Part shown: positions 25,672 through 39,624 of the stretch, piece after piece
Layout: the number at the start of each line of letters is the position of its first letter
Numbering within the stretch: the stretch's first letter is position 1
NCBI RefSeq assembly: GCF_001194135.2
Contig: NC_068988.1
Location: forward strand, 92,323,539 to 92,387,538
Direction of reading: 5' to 3'
DNA: 64,000 bases
Origin: Octopus bimaculoides
Lineage: Eukaryota
Made by a program: the position numbers and the translations under genes
Notes under the pieces: generated by a model
Seen by the model: only the letters and a program-made list of their open reading frames with translations
What the model was told of the DNA's origin: nothing
Database searches by the model: none

Positions 25672-26874
25672 TGAGGAGGTACCCAAAAGTAACTGGAAAC
25701 ATTCTCTGTGGGACAAGCTTTTTGTAATTGAAGCTTCTGCTGCTAGAAGCCACTCGATGCGACCCTCAGGCATCAGTCTGCTGACCAGTGTCATCCACTA
25801 AGGTCATACTGCCATGTGGTGTATCTTTGTTTTGCAGTGCTTCTTCCCTGTTTGTCAATTTTTGCAATGGCTGAAACGAAGGGACAGCATGCTTCCGTGA
25901 AATTCTGTTTTCTGCTGGGGAAAATGGTAGCTGAAACAGTAGTCATGTTTCAAATAGCTTACAAGGATGCTGCCATGAGCAAAACATGAGTTTATTAGTG
26001 GTTTTCACACTTTAGGAATGGTCACTTGTTGCTTGAAGACCAACCTTGTTCAGGACAACTGTCGACTTCCCGAACAAATGAAAACATCATGAAAATTCAT
26101 GATTTTGGAGGACCTCTCTTGCTCACAGAAGATCAAAAGCAGTCACGACTGAATGTGTGTTGTGAATTGAAAGAAGAGTTGGAAGTTGATCCGGACCTCT
26201 TTTAGTCAATGGTGACGAAAGCTGGTGCTATGGCTACGACCCAGAAACAAAGCAGCAATCAAGTCAATGGAAGGAGTCAATGTAACCATTCCCCGCAAAA
26301 CTGCTTCAACTGAAGTCCAGTATCAAGACGATACTGATTTGTTTCATCGATGCGAAAGTAATTGTCCACACAGTATTTGTTCCTCCTGGTCAAACAATTA
26401 ATTAACTAGACATTTTACCTGGCAGCTCTGAAGTGTTTGCGAGACACAGTGAGATGAAAACACCCTGACCAGTGGCAAATTAGAGAGTGGTGGTTTCATC
26501 ATGACAATGCACTTTTGCCCACTGCCTTGAGTGTGAGACAGTTTTTGACCATAAATGGCATGACTCTGTTTACCCACCCTCTCTATTCACTCAGTCTTGC
26601 CGCCTGAAACTTTTTTTTTTTGTTCCCCTGAATGAAAAAAGTCCTTAAAGGAAAATGTTTCATAGATGTGGAAGAGTTGAAGAAAAAGTGGCGGAGGCAT
26701 TAAAGGGCATCACTTTGCAAGAGTTCTAGGACTGCTTCGGACAGTGGAAAATATGTCTGGACCAATGCATTGCTTCAAATGGAAAATACTTCAAAGCTGA
26801 TAAAAGTGTTAACATGTAAAACTTAGTGAATAAGATAATATTGCAAAATTCCAGCTTCTTTTGGGTACCCCTTC
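25672..26874 (+). mobile_element. near full-length degraded mariner (DD34D) transposon
   Basis: TIRs TGAGGAGGTACCCAAAAG / CTTTTGGGTACCCCTTCG with TA on both sides. Encodes MAETKGQHASVKFCFLLGK, GDESWCYGYDPETKQQSSQW and WFHHDNA, with multiple stops and frameshifts. Confidence 0.93.
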
Positions 26875-27020
26875 GTATATATTCTTCTGATGAAGGAATA
26901 GTATACGAAATGATTCTTTCCCTTCCTTTTACGTGTTAAACCTATACAACATTTCTTAATACTTGTTCCTCCAGTGTTGTTTTTCTTTTCATCTTCATTG
27001 ATTTCATTATGTGTGTATGT

Positions 27021-27080
27021 GTGGAAGTGGAAGTGGAAGTGGAAGTGGAAGTGGAAGTGGAAGTGGAAGTGGAAGTGGAA
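27021..27080. repeat. (GTGGAA)10 perfect hexamer microsatellite
   Basis: Ten exact units. Confidence 0.97.
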
Positions 27081-28579
27081 AGCCAAGCCTTGCTCTCTTT
27101 CCAAGGGAAGATTGCTAAGTCTGCAAGTGACTGCAAAAGTGTTGTGGCTAGCTTTTGAATGATAATGAGTTTTCTGCTGGAAAGAAAGAAAAAAAAAAAG
27201 ACTGCTGTACTTTCTGTGGTACTTTCTAAGCATAGGGATTATTTCCCTGTTAGAGGGTCATTATACTGAAATACCTGGTGGCTGCACTATTTTTTTGGCA
27301 AGGAAAAGATTGAAATCACTGTTGTAAGCCTAGAGTGAGTTTTGCAGTTAAGTGAATATTAGATTTCATAACTTACTGAACAATCATTCCTTTTTCGTTT
27401 GTATATTTGTCTTTATGGTGATGAGAGCAATTTATATGGGGTAACTTTACATTAAGGAGTGGAACATACAATTCCCTGTAATTCAGACCTGGCATGTTCA
27501 GCTAGCAGCCTAGTCTCTGCTCTTTGTCAGGCCGAGAAAAGCAAACTATAAAGGTATCAGTTGCTCTTTGGCAGGTTTATGGTCCAGCCTGTGGCAGTAC
27601 AGACTGCGAGCATTCTTGACCCCCAGACCATATTTCTGCTCACTGCTATTGGGACAGAGATGGTTAACTGCAAGTGTGAGCCCCATGAGTCAGAGTGGCT
27701 GTTCCAGTGCATCTTCCTCACCATCCTCCATGTCAATGCCTTTTCCATTTTGTTTGTTGGGACCATGAAGCACTTTTATGTGATGCTGCACAGGCGCTTT
27801 TATGCGGCACCACACAGGTGCTTTTGTGTGGCACCACCTCGAGTGCTTTACACCACCTCGAGTGCTTTACACCACCAGAAGAATCAGTCTTAACACTTCT
27901 GCTGTGGTGTATGGGTAAGCACTAAGTACTAAAAGAAACTCCGTCAGATTATTAAAAGAAGTCTTAATGCCTTCCGAACATAAACATGCCCATTAGTTAG
28001 TGTTATATAGTTTCATATTTAAAGGGTTCAATATTTGGAAACAAAGTTTTCAGTTAAAATTGCTTGTTGATAATTTTGTTTATAGCTTCATTTAATTTTG
28101 TAAACTTTTACTGGTTTATTTTAGTTGTTAATGTTTTTTAACTCCCAGTCAGTCAGAAAATAAAATAGTTTTTTTTTTCAGTAAGCACCATTGAATATGT
28201 ATATACTGGTAACACAGATTGTGTAATTTCCATGGCTTACACCGGGTGAATTTCAAAGGTCACTTTCAAGTTTGGTTTTCATTTCATTTAGTATGCGTGA
28301 ACTTTATCAATGTATTTTAAGAAGCAATTATAAAACTAACTAAATTCTTCTTTTTCCATACATCACAATGCGAAAGGAAAGTCAATGTGTATTATACATG
28401 TGAGAGATAGTTTTTCTGGCATTTCTTCACCTATAATTAGGTCTGCACATTATACATGAATAAATACTGTAAATATATTTACTCTACATACAATAGATTT
28501 CGTGTATTCTTTACTTTGTGATGTTATTTTGTTCGTAATATTATGTGTGTGTGTGTAAATGTATACGTATATATCAATA

Positions 28580-30770
28580 TGTATCCATCCTCTACAGCAA
28601 CACACTTGTTACTGGCCTCAATCTTGATCAATCTCTCTCTCTTTTTCTCTCCCTATCCCCCCCTCTCTCTCCCTCTCACTGGGTAACCATGTATCTCTAC
28701 AGTAGGACACTTGTTTCTGTCTCTCTGTCACACTCTAACCTTTCATCATTTGGCACTAGATCACTTCCAATACCACATCCCCTCTCAAAGGATCTTTGCC
28801 TTGCAAGGTGACCCTGCCGGTGGCTGGTACCATGTAAAAAGCATCCAGTTCACAAGTGGTTGGCATTTGGAAGGGCATCCAACTGTAAAAAAAAAAAAAC
28901 CTTGCCAAAACTGGACTCCCCTTGCTAGTGCCACATAAAAAGCACTCAGTCCACTCTGCAGAGTGGTTGGTGTTAGGAAGGGCATCCAGCCATAAAAACC
29001 ATGCCAAAACAGACAGCAAAGCATAGTGCAGTCTTCTGCCTAGCCAGCTCTTGTCAAACTGTCCAACCCATGCCATTATGGAAAGTGGATGTTAAATGAT
29101 GATGATGATGATATAAATATATAATATACATATATATCCTCTCCCAGCCACTCCACTTTTTCTCACCACTACTTACTGTAGCTATGTCTTCTTCATCTCT
29201 AAAGATCTCCCTTCACACTCTTATGGAACATTCCCCTCTATCCCCTCTGTGCTACTTATATTCCCTCACATCACTGTTCCCTGTAGACAAGCCCCAATAC
29301 ATACCCAACAACATCTATTTCTCTCACTCTGTCTTTCTCTCTAACTCTCTGTCCCCTGCCTCTCCTCCCCTTCCTACTGGAGTAGTCAAATATCTATCTA
29401 CTCTCATAGTAAGACAACTATCTCTGTCCCTCTGTTATACTTTAACCTCTCACCTGGCTCACAGCTATTTCGCTCAGCTCCACTTTCTCTCTCTTAGCTG
29501 AGAGATCTTTGTCTTGCAAGCCACTTGCTGACTCCACTGGTGCCACATAAAAACCACCCAGTACACTCTGTAAAGTGGTTGACATTAGGAGGGCATCCGG
29601 CCATAGAAACCATGCCAAAACAGACAAATGGAGCCTGGTGTAGCTGCTGTGAAACCGTCCAACCCATGCCAGCAGGGAAAGCAGTTGTTAAATATTGATG
29701 ATGATGATTGTGGTGGTGGTGGTGGCGGCGGCGGCAGCGGTGGTAGTGGAGGTGGAGGTGGTGGTGGTTTTGATGATGATGATGGTGGTGATGATGATGA
29801 TGGTGATGATTTACTCTTTTACTAGTTTCAGGCAGTTTAATGTGGCTGTACTGGAATACTGCCATCACTGATACTTCATGTTCTGTTTCTGTGGCTGGTG
29901 TTTTTCATGACTGTGAGGGTCTGGCACCACCAACCTTCATATGTACCCCTTTGCTGTGATTTAAGTTCTTCTGAGACCTTAGATGTAGAAATATGAAAAA
30001 AAAAAAAAATTGTTGCACAAATGTTTCGACACTCATTCCATGCAGATATCTTACATTAGATTTCTGAAGAAACTTGAAAAGCTGTGTCCATAGGTGTAAA
30101 ACATCTAGCCCATGACAATGTTTAGTCCTACCCCTAATTCAGTTTCCTCAAAAGAAAGTTTATTTTTTTTAATTTTGGGAGTCCATACTGATATTTCCCA
30201 TCAAAGTGCAGCTCCACCTCTGTTTACCTCTCAGTGGATCCAACTCTATCCCCACCTTTCCTCATCTCCTACTCTCCTCTCACACTCAACCCTTGCTTCT
30301 CTTTCCTGATCCCCTGTTTGTATCTTCTTTCATGCTCCCTTCCTTGCTCCATGAGGGTTTGCTCTGAGTACCCCATCACTTCCATTTTATCTGGCAACTC
30401 CCCAACTTATATAGTGGAGGATAGCTACATATCTGCTCTATAGTAAGACATCTGTGATTATTCCTGTATCCTTCTTTAACCTTCCAACACCTAGCATAAA
30501 GCCACATCCCATTCTCTTAAATTCTCCCTGACTCAGACAAGAGGGCTTTTTCTTTTTCCTTTTCTTTTTCTTTTCCTGTCTTGCAAGTTACTTGGTGACC
30601 TCACTGGTAGTACACATTGTAAAGTGGTTGGCATTAAGTAGAGCATCCAGCCATAGAAATCATGCCAAAGCTGACCTTGGACCTTGCTGCAGCCCTGTAG
30701 CTTGCTGGATCCCGTCAAGCTATCCATCCAATGTCAGCATTGAAAACAGGCATTAAATGATGATTATGAT
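28580..30770 (+). mobile_element. three head-to-tail family B copies with CT-rich leaders
   Basis: Units at ~28580-29110, ~29140-29705 and ~30170-30770, each with TCTTGCAAG...AAGTGGTTGG..TTAGGAAGGGCATCC...CCAACCCATGCC...(GAT)n. Others at ~7945-8430(-), ~10445-10705(-), ~34330-34705, ~40760-40862 and ~62895-63045. Confidence 0.78.
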
Positions 30771-33700
30771 ATCAGCTTAGATTTAGAGTCAGAACCTGAG
30801 TAAAGTAGGGATTAGTATCAACTCAGTACACCTTAGTAAATCTTTTGTGATCTTGACCATTTAAAAAAAAAAAGAGAATTTTACAAACCATATGTTGAAA
30901 GACATGACTTATATTACCTTCACTTTATCCTATATATGTTGAGCCATAAAGAAGCTTTTTTATTATAAATTCACTCACATTTGTCCAAATGGAATCAAGC
31001 AGCATAAATAATATTGAAACGTTTTCAACTAAATCAGTGCAAGCTTTCTATCAAGCATTATTCTTCCCAAGAACTGAATGCATTAATTTTGACAATTACT
31101 ATATCTGTTCTCACTCTAATAACTCTTATTTAGACTATATATATATTATGCGGATGATTTTTTTTTCTCACACATCTTTGCACACAAACTTTACTAACAC
31201 CTCACGTTCTTGCCTCTTTTTAATGTTAATAAAGTTGTTATAATGTATATTGAACCTTTTATCCCTTAGCTTTGACCTATATTATGAACAGAGAATTTAG
31301 CAGCATAAAATAGTTCTTGCAGGCTGGATATAGACAATTATTTCTCTCTGGCCTGTAAAGCCTGTTGTGCTCCTTGAACCCCAAAATATGTAGTATCCAA
31401 TTTTGACTCTGGAGAAGTTCCCACTTTTGGCACTATGCAGTGGCACTTAGTTTGGGGTTGGCATAGCTCTCAGTGTGATAATGAAATGATTAAACCACTG
31501 AGTTTAATTCATTTGGAAGAATACATCTTCCACGTGTCACATAAATAAGGCAATATTTTACTTATTTTCCTTTTCTAAATCTGACAGATTATAGCACACA
31601 TGGTTTGTGGTATGATTTTTTTTTATGTTACTGTAAAAAAATAATAGGTGTTCTCTATCTGCAAGTTGAATGAGAAGAATACCTAGAGTATGAGTGGAAG
31701 GATGTACACTGAAATACATTGTGAGATTCATGTGGTAGAATTAAACATGTAGTATGAGGTAGTGATATTAGAGACAGATAGAGAAAAGTCTAATTAATCT
31801 GTATGTCTAATGATTTTGCTCATTGAACATAATATGATATAGGTTATACTTGGCTCAGTTTATCTTGATTTGCTATGCTTAAAACAACAATAAAGGTGAA
31901 TACACAATAGGACTTGTTGAACACAACTTCCATTGGCATAATCTGAACTGGATATTCTATGGAAATGTGTCCTTATATTTATAAGTAGTGGCTGTTTTAA
32001 ACAGCCTTTCTCAATTAACTTAAGAAGAAAATAAATATAGTTTCTTATGATGGAAAATAATTTAAAACGAAACTGGAAGTTTAATGCTAATGTGAGTTTG
32101 AATGTCATTAACAAGATTCCTTTCTAAAAGACTTGCTTTACTTCCAGGCATTACGCCTCTTTACTTTCTGCAATCTCAGATTTTATTTGAAGACAATACT
32201 TCTTCACAAGATTTAGTGACGTTTTCACTGAATGCTTTTTAGGCGTTGAAGAAAAATTACTAATAATAAAAATATTTCTTTATTGTCTCTGCAAAAAAGA
32301 AAACTACAAATAAGTAAGATAAAATGAAATAAGATTTATCTCCTAAGAAATCCATTTCTGTTATTGGCCATGGAATGTCTTCATAAACTGAAATAAATCT
32401 ATTAAGTAAAAATTGTAAAGCAGACTTAATCCCACCATATTTTTCCCTTGAGGTCTTGTACAAGTTTATGGAAGTAAATCATTATTTATCCTTTCCAAAC
32501 CCCAATTTCCAAAAATAAATTAGCTGAGTCTGGAAAATGAAAACTGTGTCTCTCATTTCCTAAGATAATAACATTTTTAAATTAAAACTTAAGAGAGAAA
32601 GTGATTTTGTTAAAGAATGTTACTGCTTTGTCTAGGCAACCAATACATTGATATATTTATCTTTGGGAATAAACAATAACTGGATTTAAAGAAACATTTA
32701 TTATGAAAATCAAATTGTTTTTTCTTCGGAATTGAATGCATTTATCAAGAAGTGATATATTTTCCTACTAAATTTATAAATTAGAATTTTAAAACATTAA
32801 TGACATGGATTTAAAATTGTACATTTAATGCCATGTTTTGTTGGCTTCTTCTTCAGTTGTATTTCATTTGTGCTTATTACAACAGGATTTTACAAAGATA
32901 TTATTAACTGTGTTTGTTTATATGTGTGTGTGTGTATGTGTATAGATATATCTGTTTAGTATTGACTGTTGAAAAAAAGGAGTACCCAGTATCATGGTTG
33001 AGATTAATGATATTTTATTTTGATTAAGTCAGTCTCTTGCTACTCTGAGTTTTACCTGTAAACACACAGGATGTTCAAGCAGGTTGCGACAACTTGCCTG
33101 AAGATTTCATGGATGACAGTTGAAACTCAGCGTATATATACATATATATAACTGTGCTACAAACATTAGCTACCTGTGTTACCAACTGTCTAGATTTGTC
33201 ACAGTCTAGCTGTATCGCCACAGACAGAATCTAATTGTGACACCAAACTTCAACACAAGTGCCTTCAATTAGATAATACCATGTTGGCATGGAAGACTCC
33301 ATTTGTTGTAGAAAATGTCTGTTGAACAATTTGTTTCTATTGCTGTTGTTACCAGCATTGTATTTACAGTGTGTGTGTATATGTGTGTGTGTATGTGTGT
33401 GTGTATGTGAGCAAGATGAACACAACAGACACAGAAGTACACACAGACATATATATATATATATATATGCAATGAGTTTCCACAAAGTTTCCACCTATGA
33501 AATTCACTTGCAAGGCATTAGACATCCTAGAGCTAAGGTAGAAGAAACTTACTCCAGGTGCCATGCAGTGAAACTGAACCCAAAACCACGTGGCTGCAAA
33601 GCAAATTTCATAGCCATATAGTTTCTTTGAGTTTCGTTAGAATCAGAAGTAGAACTACCTAAGAATTTATGGGGACAACAACAGTTAATAGAGTCAACAG

Positions 33701-33879
33701 TGTAGTGGAAATGCATAGCTACCCTACATGAAATAGGAGAGAAGAAGGTTGGGGCGATGGGTGCCAGGATACACCCCTAACTCTTTAGCATTTAAACTAG
33801 TCATATCCGATCCAAATTTAATACTTGTTTTATGTTCAAACTGGCCAGATCTGGCCTCTCACACCTACCCTACAATGTC

Positions 33880-33920
<41 letters not shown>

Positions 33921-34116
33921 TGACTGAATTCCTGAGACTTTGCCTGAGACTTTTTTTGTGCTTTCATCCAAAATAAACACGATCAGCTTAAAAAATTATT
34001 AAGATGTTAAGATATTTTTCTTAACATGAAACCAATGGTAGCTTTAATACACAAATAAAGAAATTTTATCCACCAATGCAGTGTTGAGCACTCATTCTCA
34101 TCATTCGACATTTACG

Positions 34117-34151
<35 letters not shown>

Positions 34152-34872
34152 GTTTTATATATGTATATGTATCTATATGTCTTTTTGTGAGTCTGTGTTT
34201 ATGTTTGCAGTGACATAAAAAACTGGTTGTTGTTGTTTATGTTGCATTCTATGGTTTATACGATTGACTTTAAACCCTTGACGGCAATGTCCCAGCTTTG
34301 TCACAGTCCAATGACTGAAACCAGTAAAAGAGTGAAGTTGAATTTTGCAGGATGGAAATTCAAATGGCACGAAAAAAGCACTATTTTAGTGTTGGGCTCC
34401 ATAGAAGCAATGTGGCCAATACTGGTGTCACGTAACTGGCACCTGTGCTGGTGACACATAAAAGGCACTATTTGAGCATTTGGCCTTACAGGGGCAATGT
34501 GGCTGATGCCAGTGTCACGTAACTGGCACATAAAAACACCCATTACACTCTTGGAGTGGTTAGGTTAGGAAGGGCATCCAGCCTTAGAAACTATGCCAAA
34601 TCAAACTAGAGTCTGGTGCAGCCCCCCAGCTTACCAGCCCTGGTCAAACTGTTCAACCCATGCCAACATGAACTACAGACAATGATGATGATGATGATGA
34701 TGAGATTGAACTCTAAATCTCAACTTTCAAAATGTGATTGTTTATTGACTTCGCATCACTGTCATCTAACATTTGAGAACACCACATAAAGTGATAATTG
34801 TTCAATTTTAAGCATAAACATTTTTTTTTTCCCACCAACATATATACTTACATACATAAACATTGAAGCACA

Positions 34873-34928
<56 letters not shown>

Positions 34929-35959
34929 TATCGTAATCAGTGCTGATCTTATAGCAGTAAATTACAAACCATTTTATGATTTTCAGAGCTAAAATTGCCA
35001 ACCTAATATTTAAACCTAGACACTATTGGTGCCAATGTTCTAACAACCATTTTGAAAAGAGAAACAAATAAAAAATAATTCTTTTGGTCTCAATTATACT
35101 GACACTTCATATTTCACTGTTTAGAAGCCATTCTTCTTTGATTTCCATTCTTTTATTTCATTCTTGAAGAATTATTATGACAGGTAAATTTGTTAATGTA
35201 TTTCTATTGTTATTTTTCCTTGAATGGTTAACGTTATCTGTCCCCTTAAAATATATCATTAGTCTCGAAGCAGTAATTTATTTCTCTAAGTACTGCTTAC
35301 CTGCACCTGTTCCATGTTAAATGTTGACTGCAAAATTATTCATATTGAAATATTGCTATATCTGGCCACTGAGACTGCTACCAAAACACAATTGCTGTCC
35401 AATATTTTCTTCAAAGTAATTCCCAAACAGCTCATTAACCTGATCATGTTCATTTCTTGTTTTATTTTTTATTTTTTTATTTTATTTTTTAGTCTAAATA
35501 ATTTCAAAAACTTAAGTTATTTTGTTTTCTAACTGATATGTTTGTGCCTGTCATCATAATATCTTGTCTTCCATAACAGAATGTTGTTTAATAGCATCCT
35601 AGCTAACATCTACATAATTTGTCATATTTCATATAAATCTAAATACGATTCTGTTCTAAATAATACTATGACAGGCAAATATAGATAGATGTTTCTGAGT
35701 ATTTGCATGATAATTTGGATAGTCCATAATTCCATAAAATCCTTCTTGCTAATATATTCAGCAGGATATTGTGGTATGTTCCATCTATAATTACTTCATT
35801 GTTACTTCATGTAATATCTTAAGGCTGGCTATGTTATCTAAAATTATTTCAAATTTCCAATACACCAGCTTTGTATATTTTTGAAACTGGTAAATCTACA
35901 CGACCTTCTCAGTAGAAACGGCCCCTCAAACTTCTGTTTAATTACATCTTATTTTTTTC

Positions 35960-36200
35960 TCTTATCTTTTACTTGTTTCAGTCATTAGATTACAATCATG
36001 CTGGGGCACTGCCTTGAAGAATTTTTGTCAAACTTATCAACCTCAGTACTTAATTTCTTTTTTTTGTAAAATCTGGTGCTTATTCAATTGTTATTTTTAC
36101 TGAACTGCTAAGTTATGGGGATGCAAACACACCAACACTAGTTGTCAAGTGATGGTAGGGGACAAATGCATACACATAGACACACACAAGCATACGTGAG
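35960..36200. mobile_element. SINE family D segment (TTTACTTGTTTCAGTCATT-GACTGCGGCCATGCTGG)
   Basis: Same motif at ~20800-20960, ~62490-62690, ~49150-49200 and, in reverse complement, ~13140-13290. Confidence 0.65.
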
Positions 36201-36529
36201 GAGCATCTTTCAGTGTCTGTCTACCAAATCCACTCTCAAGGCTTTGGTCAACTCAAAGTTATAGAAGAAGATGCTTTCCCAAGGTTCCATACAGTGGAAC
36301 TGAACCCAGAATCCTGTAGTTGGGAAGCAAACCCCTTACCACTCAGCCATGCAAGTGCCTATCAATGTAATTTTGAAGTAACTCAGATTTGATCTTGTTT
36401 GTTGTCTCACAGCTTCTATCTCTGCTCCAGCTGAAAGAGAACAGTTGAATCTGAGAAGTTTGGTGTGTATACATNNNNNNNNNNNNNNNNNNNNNNNNNN
36501 NNNNNNNNNNNNNNNNNNNNNNNNNNNNN

Positions 36530-36573
<44 letters not shown>

Positions 36574-36589
36574 TTATATTTCACATACG

Positions 36590-36915
36590 TGAAGGCACAT
36601 GGCTTAGTGGTTAGGGTATTCGGCTCACAATTGTAAGGTCATGAGTTCAATTCCCAGTGATGCTTTGTGCCCTTGAGCAAGATACTTTGTTTCACATTGC
36701 TCCAGTCCACTCTGCTGGCAAAAATGAGTAGTACCTGTTTTACAAAGGGCCAACTCTGTGTCATACTCTGTGTCACGCTGAATCTTCCTGAGAACTACAT
36801 TAAAGGTACACATGTCTGTGATGTGCTCAGCCACTCACACATTAATTTCACAAGCAGGCTGTTGTGTGATTAGATTAACTGGAACCCTCGTTGTCGTAAT
36901 CGATAGAGTGCCAGT
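36590..36915 (+). mobile_element. tRNA-derived SINE with CORE-like centre and the same tail as 41251
   Basis: TGGCTTAGTGG...GAGTTCAATTCC head, then CCTTGAGCAAGATACTT...CAGTCCACTCTGCTGG, then a GTCACGCTGAATCTTCCTGAGAACTAC tail. Confidence 0.85.
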
Positions 36916-37016
36916 TATTTTACATATATAAACACACACATGTGCATGTGCCACATCATGTGCACACGTTTTTGGTGATCTATTAAATGATATCTCCTGT
37001 TGCCCTTGATTAACTT

Positions 37017-37589
37017 TTAACCCTTTAACATTCAAATTTCTCTGTCAAATGTTACTCTTATTTATTCACATTGGTTTGAATTAATTATGCATTACCATAA
37101 CTGTGAAGGTGCATGGCTCAGTGGTTAGAGCGCTGGGCTCACAATCATGAGGTAGTGAGTTTGAATCCAGGACCAGGCTGTGTGCTGTGTTCTTGAGCAG
37201 GACACTTTATTTCATGTTACTCTTGTTCACTCAGCTGTAGAAATGAGTTGCAACATCACTGGTGCCAGGCTGTATCGGCCTTTCTCTTGGATAACATCAG
37301 TGGCATGGAGAAGAGAGGCTGTTATGCATGGACAATTGCTGGTCTTCCATAAAACAACTTTGCCCAGACCTATGCCTCGGAGGGTAACTTTCTAGGTGCA
37401 ATCCCATGGTCATTCATGACCAAAGGGGGACTTATAATCTCATAACTTCAATATTTCAATGATGGAATTGGTTGTTTTTAGAATAACATTGTAAGGTAGG
37501 TGTTAGACGCTGGATCTGGCTGGTTTCAGCATAAAAACAGGTGGAATATTTGGGTTGGATATGGCCAGATTAAATGCTAAAAGGGTTAA
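37017..37589 (+). mobile_element. TTAA MITE family 1 with nested SINE
   Basis: TTAA|CCCTT at 37017 and AAGGG|TTAA at 37586-89. Interrupted by a SINE at 37103-37440. Confidence 0.85.
37103..37440 (+). mobile_element. tRNA-derived CORE-like SINE nested in MITE
   Basis: TGGCTCAGTGG...GAGTTTGAATCC head. CATAACT is duplicated at 37096-37102 and 37441-47. Confidence 0.85.
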
Positions 37590-38269
37590 GGTACTTCATT
37601 TTGTAATGCTATTTGTCAATTAGCCAAGTATGTATTTCTGTTCATTATGTTGTATAATAATAGCCTAGAGGTTAAGGTGTTTCACTCATGACTGCAAGAT
37701 TGTAGTTTCAATTCCTGGACTAAGCAGTGCTTTGTGGCCTTGAACAAAACACTTCATTTCTTGTTGCTCTACTCCACTCGGCTATAAAAGAGCAGCCTTG
37801 CAATGAACTGGCATCTTGTTCAGGGGAATGTTGTGAACTCAGTTACTTATAAACCATGGAAATTGAGTAACCAGCCCTTTGAGCTCCAGGACTCAATACA
37901 GAAGTACCCATGTATAATATCGCAGTATCTATTTCTAATAACTAATTCTAGATTATCTATAGTTCTATTGTTTATAATTTCTATTGTCTATAATGAGTAG
38001 TTATAAAGTCTACTTTTCTATTGCAAGTAGTTCTATAATGAATAGTTGTCTAGTCTATAGTTCTATAATGAATGCTTATATAGTTGTAGTTATGTAAAGT
38101 CTATTGAATAGGCTATAACTCTATAATGACGAGTTCTATTATCTATGAAGTGGCCTTTCTCCTATATACAGGGAAGGTATAGGTATTAATTATGTACTGT
38201 GTATATCTAATGTAAATTGTGGAATCACATAGATTTGGAGAAATTGATTTCATGGGTGCTCCTACTATT

Positions 38270-38875
38270 GACTGTAGACCGTTGCCTTGGTGACCTAATC
38301 AACAGTGGAGGTAGTTGTTCCAAATGTATAGTAGCCAGAGTAAGGACAGGGTGGAACAAATTCAAAGAACTATTTACTCTGCTGACAAAAAAGGTGGGGG
38401 AGGTGGATTTTCTTTTTCCATGTGGAGGTCAGATTGATTGTATCAAATATACGAAGAATGGAATTGTGTGGTAACAAAACGTAGGCATTGAATGTACAAG
38501 ATGTGTGAAGGCTATAGAAAAATGAGGTGAACATGCTCTGCAGGATGTATAATGCTTGTGTGCATGAATGTTGAAGCACAGACAAGCTGAGGAAAAAACT
38601 GGAGACAAGAGGAATCAAATTCAGTGTACAAGGGAAGAGTTTGTACTTGTATGGATGTCTGAGGCCTATGGAAGATGATAACAGGGTGTAAAAATGCCAG
38701 TCCTTCCCAACCGAAGGGAACTTATAGATGAGAAAGACTGAAGAAGACCTAGAAAGAAGTTTTAAAAGGCTGATCTCAGAATGCTAACCTTCACGAAAGA
38801 GAAAATGATTGTCTGCAACAAGTGTTGTACTTTGAGAACCCCTATGCAAATTCAGGCATGGAAAAATGGATGAAA
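38270..38875 (+). mobile_element. RTE-clade LINE 3' fragment
   Basis: CLGDLINSGGSCSKCIVARVRTGWNKFKELFTLLTKK (RTE post-RT motif), then a degenerate C-terminus ending in the GCATGGAAAAATGGATG tail shared with the local SINE tails. Confidence 0.8.
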
Positions 38876-39109
38876 AAAAATTATAAAGATTTGTGGAATC
38901 AAGGCTTTACACTGGAATCTTTCAACTGACATGTTCCTTTGAATATTAAGTTTTGTCTCCTTTGTTACTGTGGGCCAAATTTCTTTCTAAAGCCCAAACT
39001 ATATTGTGAGACATATTGCACTTACATTAGAGAAATCTGGCACTTTAAGCCATTGTGAAAGCATTCTATTTAAACAACTGGTCACTCTAATATAAGACTG
39101 ATATAATGT

Positions 39110-39165
<56 letters not shown>

Positions 39166-39582
39166 GTTTGACAAGAGTTGGTGTCACAATAAAGATTGGT
39201 CCACAGTAACAGAGGTTGACAATTGAAAGAGAATTCAGGCTTAGAAATGCTGCCAAATTAAATATGTGGTGCAGAAAAGTCTCAAATCTCACTTAGCAAT
39301 TCCGTTTGATGCTGTGATAGGACTGTAGCAATACATATCAGCCAATTCAGCTAGACAATGATGAGCTCATAAAATATATTTGGCAATTTTACCAATATTG
39401 ATCTTCTGCAGCATTTTCTCTGAACTACTTCTCTCAGTGGTAGAGTCCACTTTCTAACTGACATTATCACTATCTGCTCTGCTTCTACCATATTCCATGC
39501 CATCTTATACATTGTGTATGTGTGTCCGTTGAGCTGTTGTGCATTGGAGTCTTATATTTCGACATGTAGTTTGAGTTGTGCG

Positions 39583-39624
<42 letters not shown>

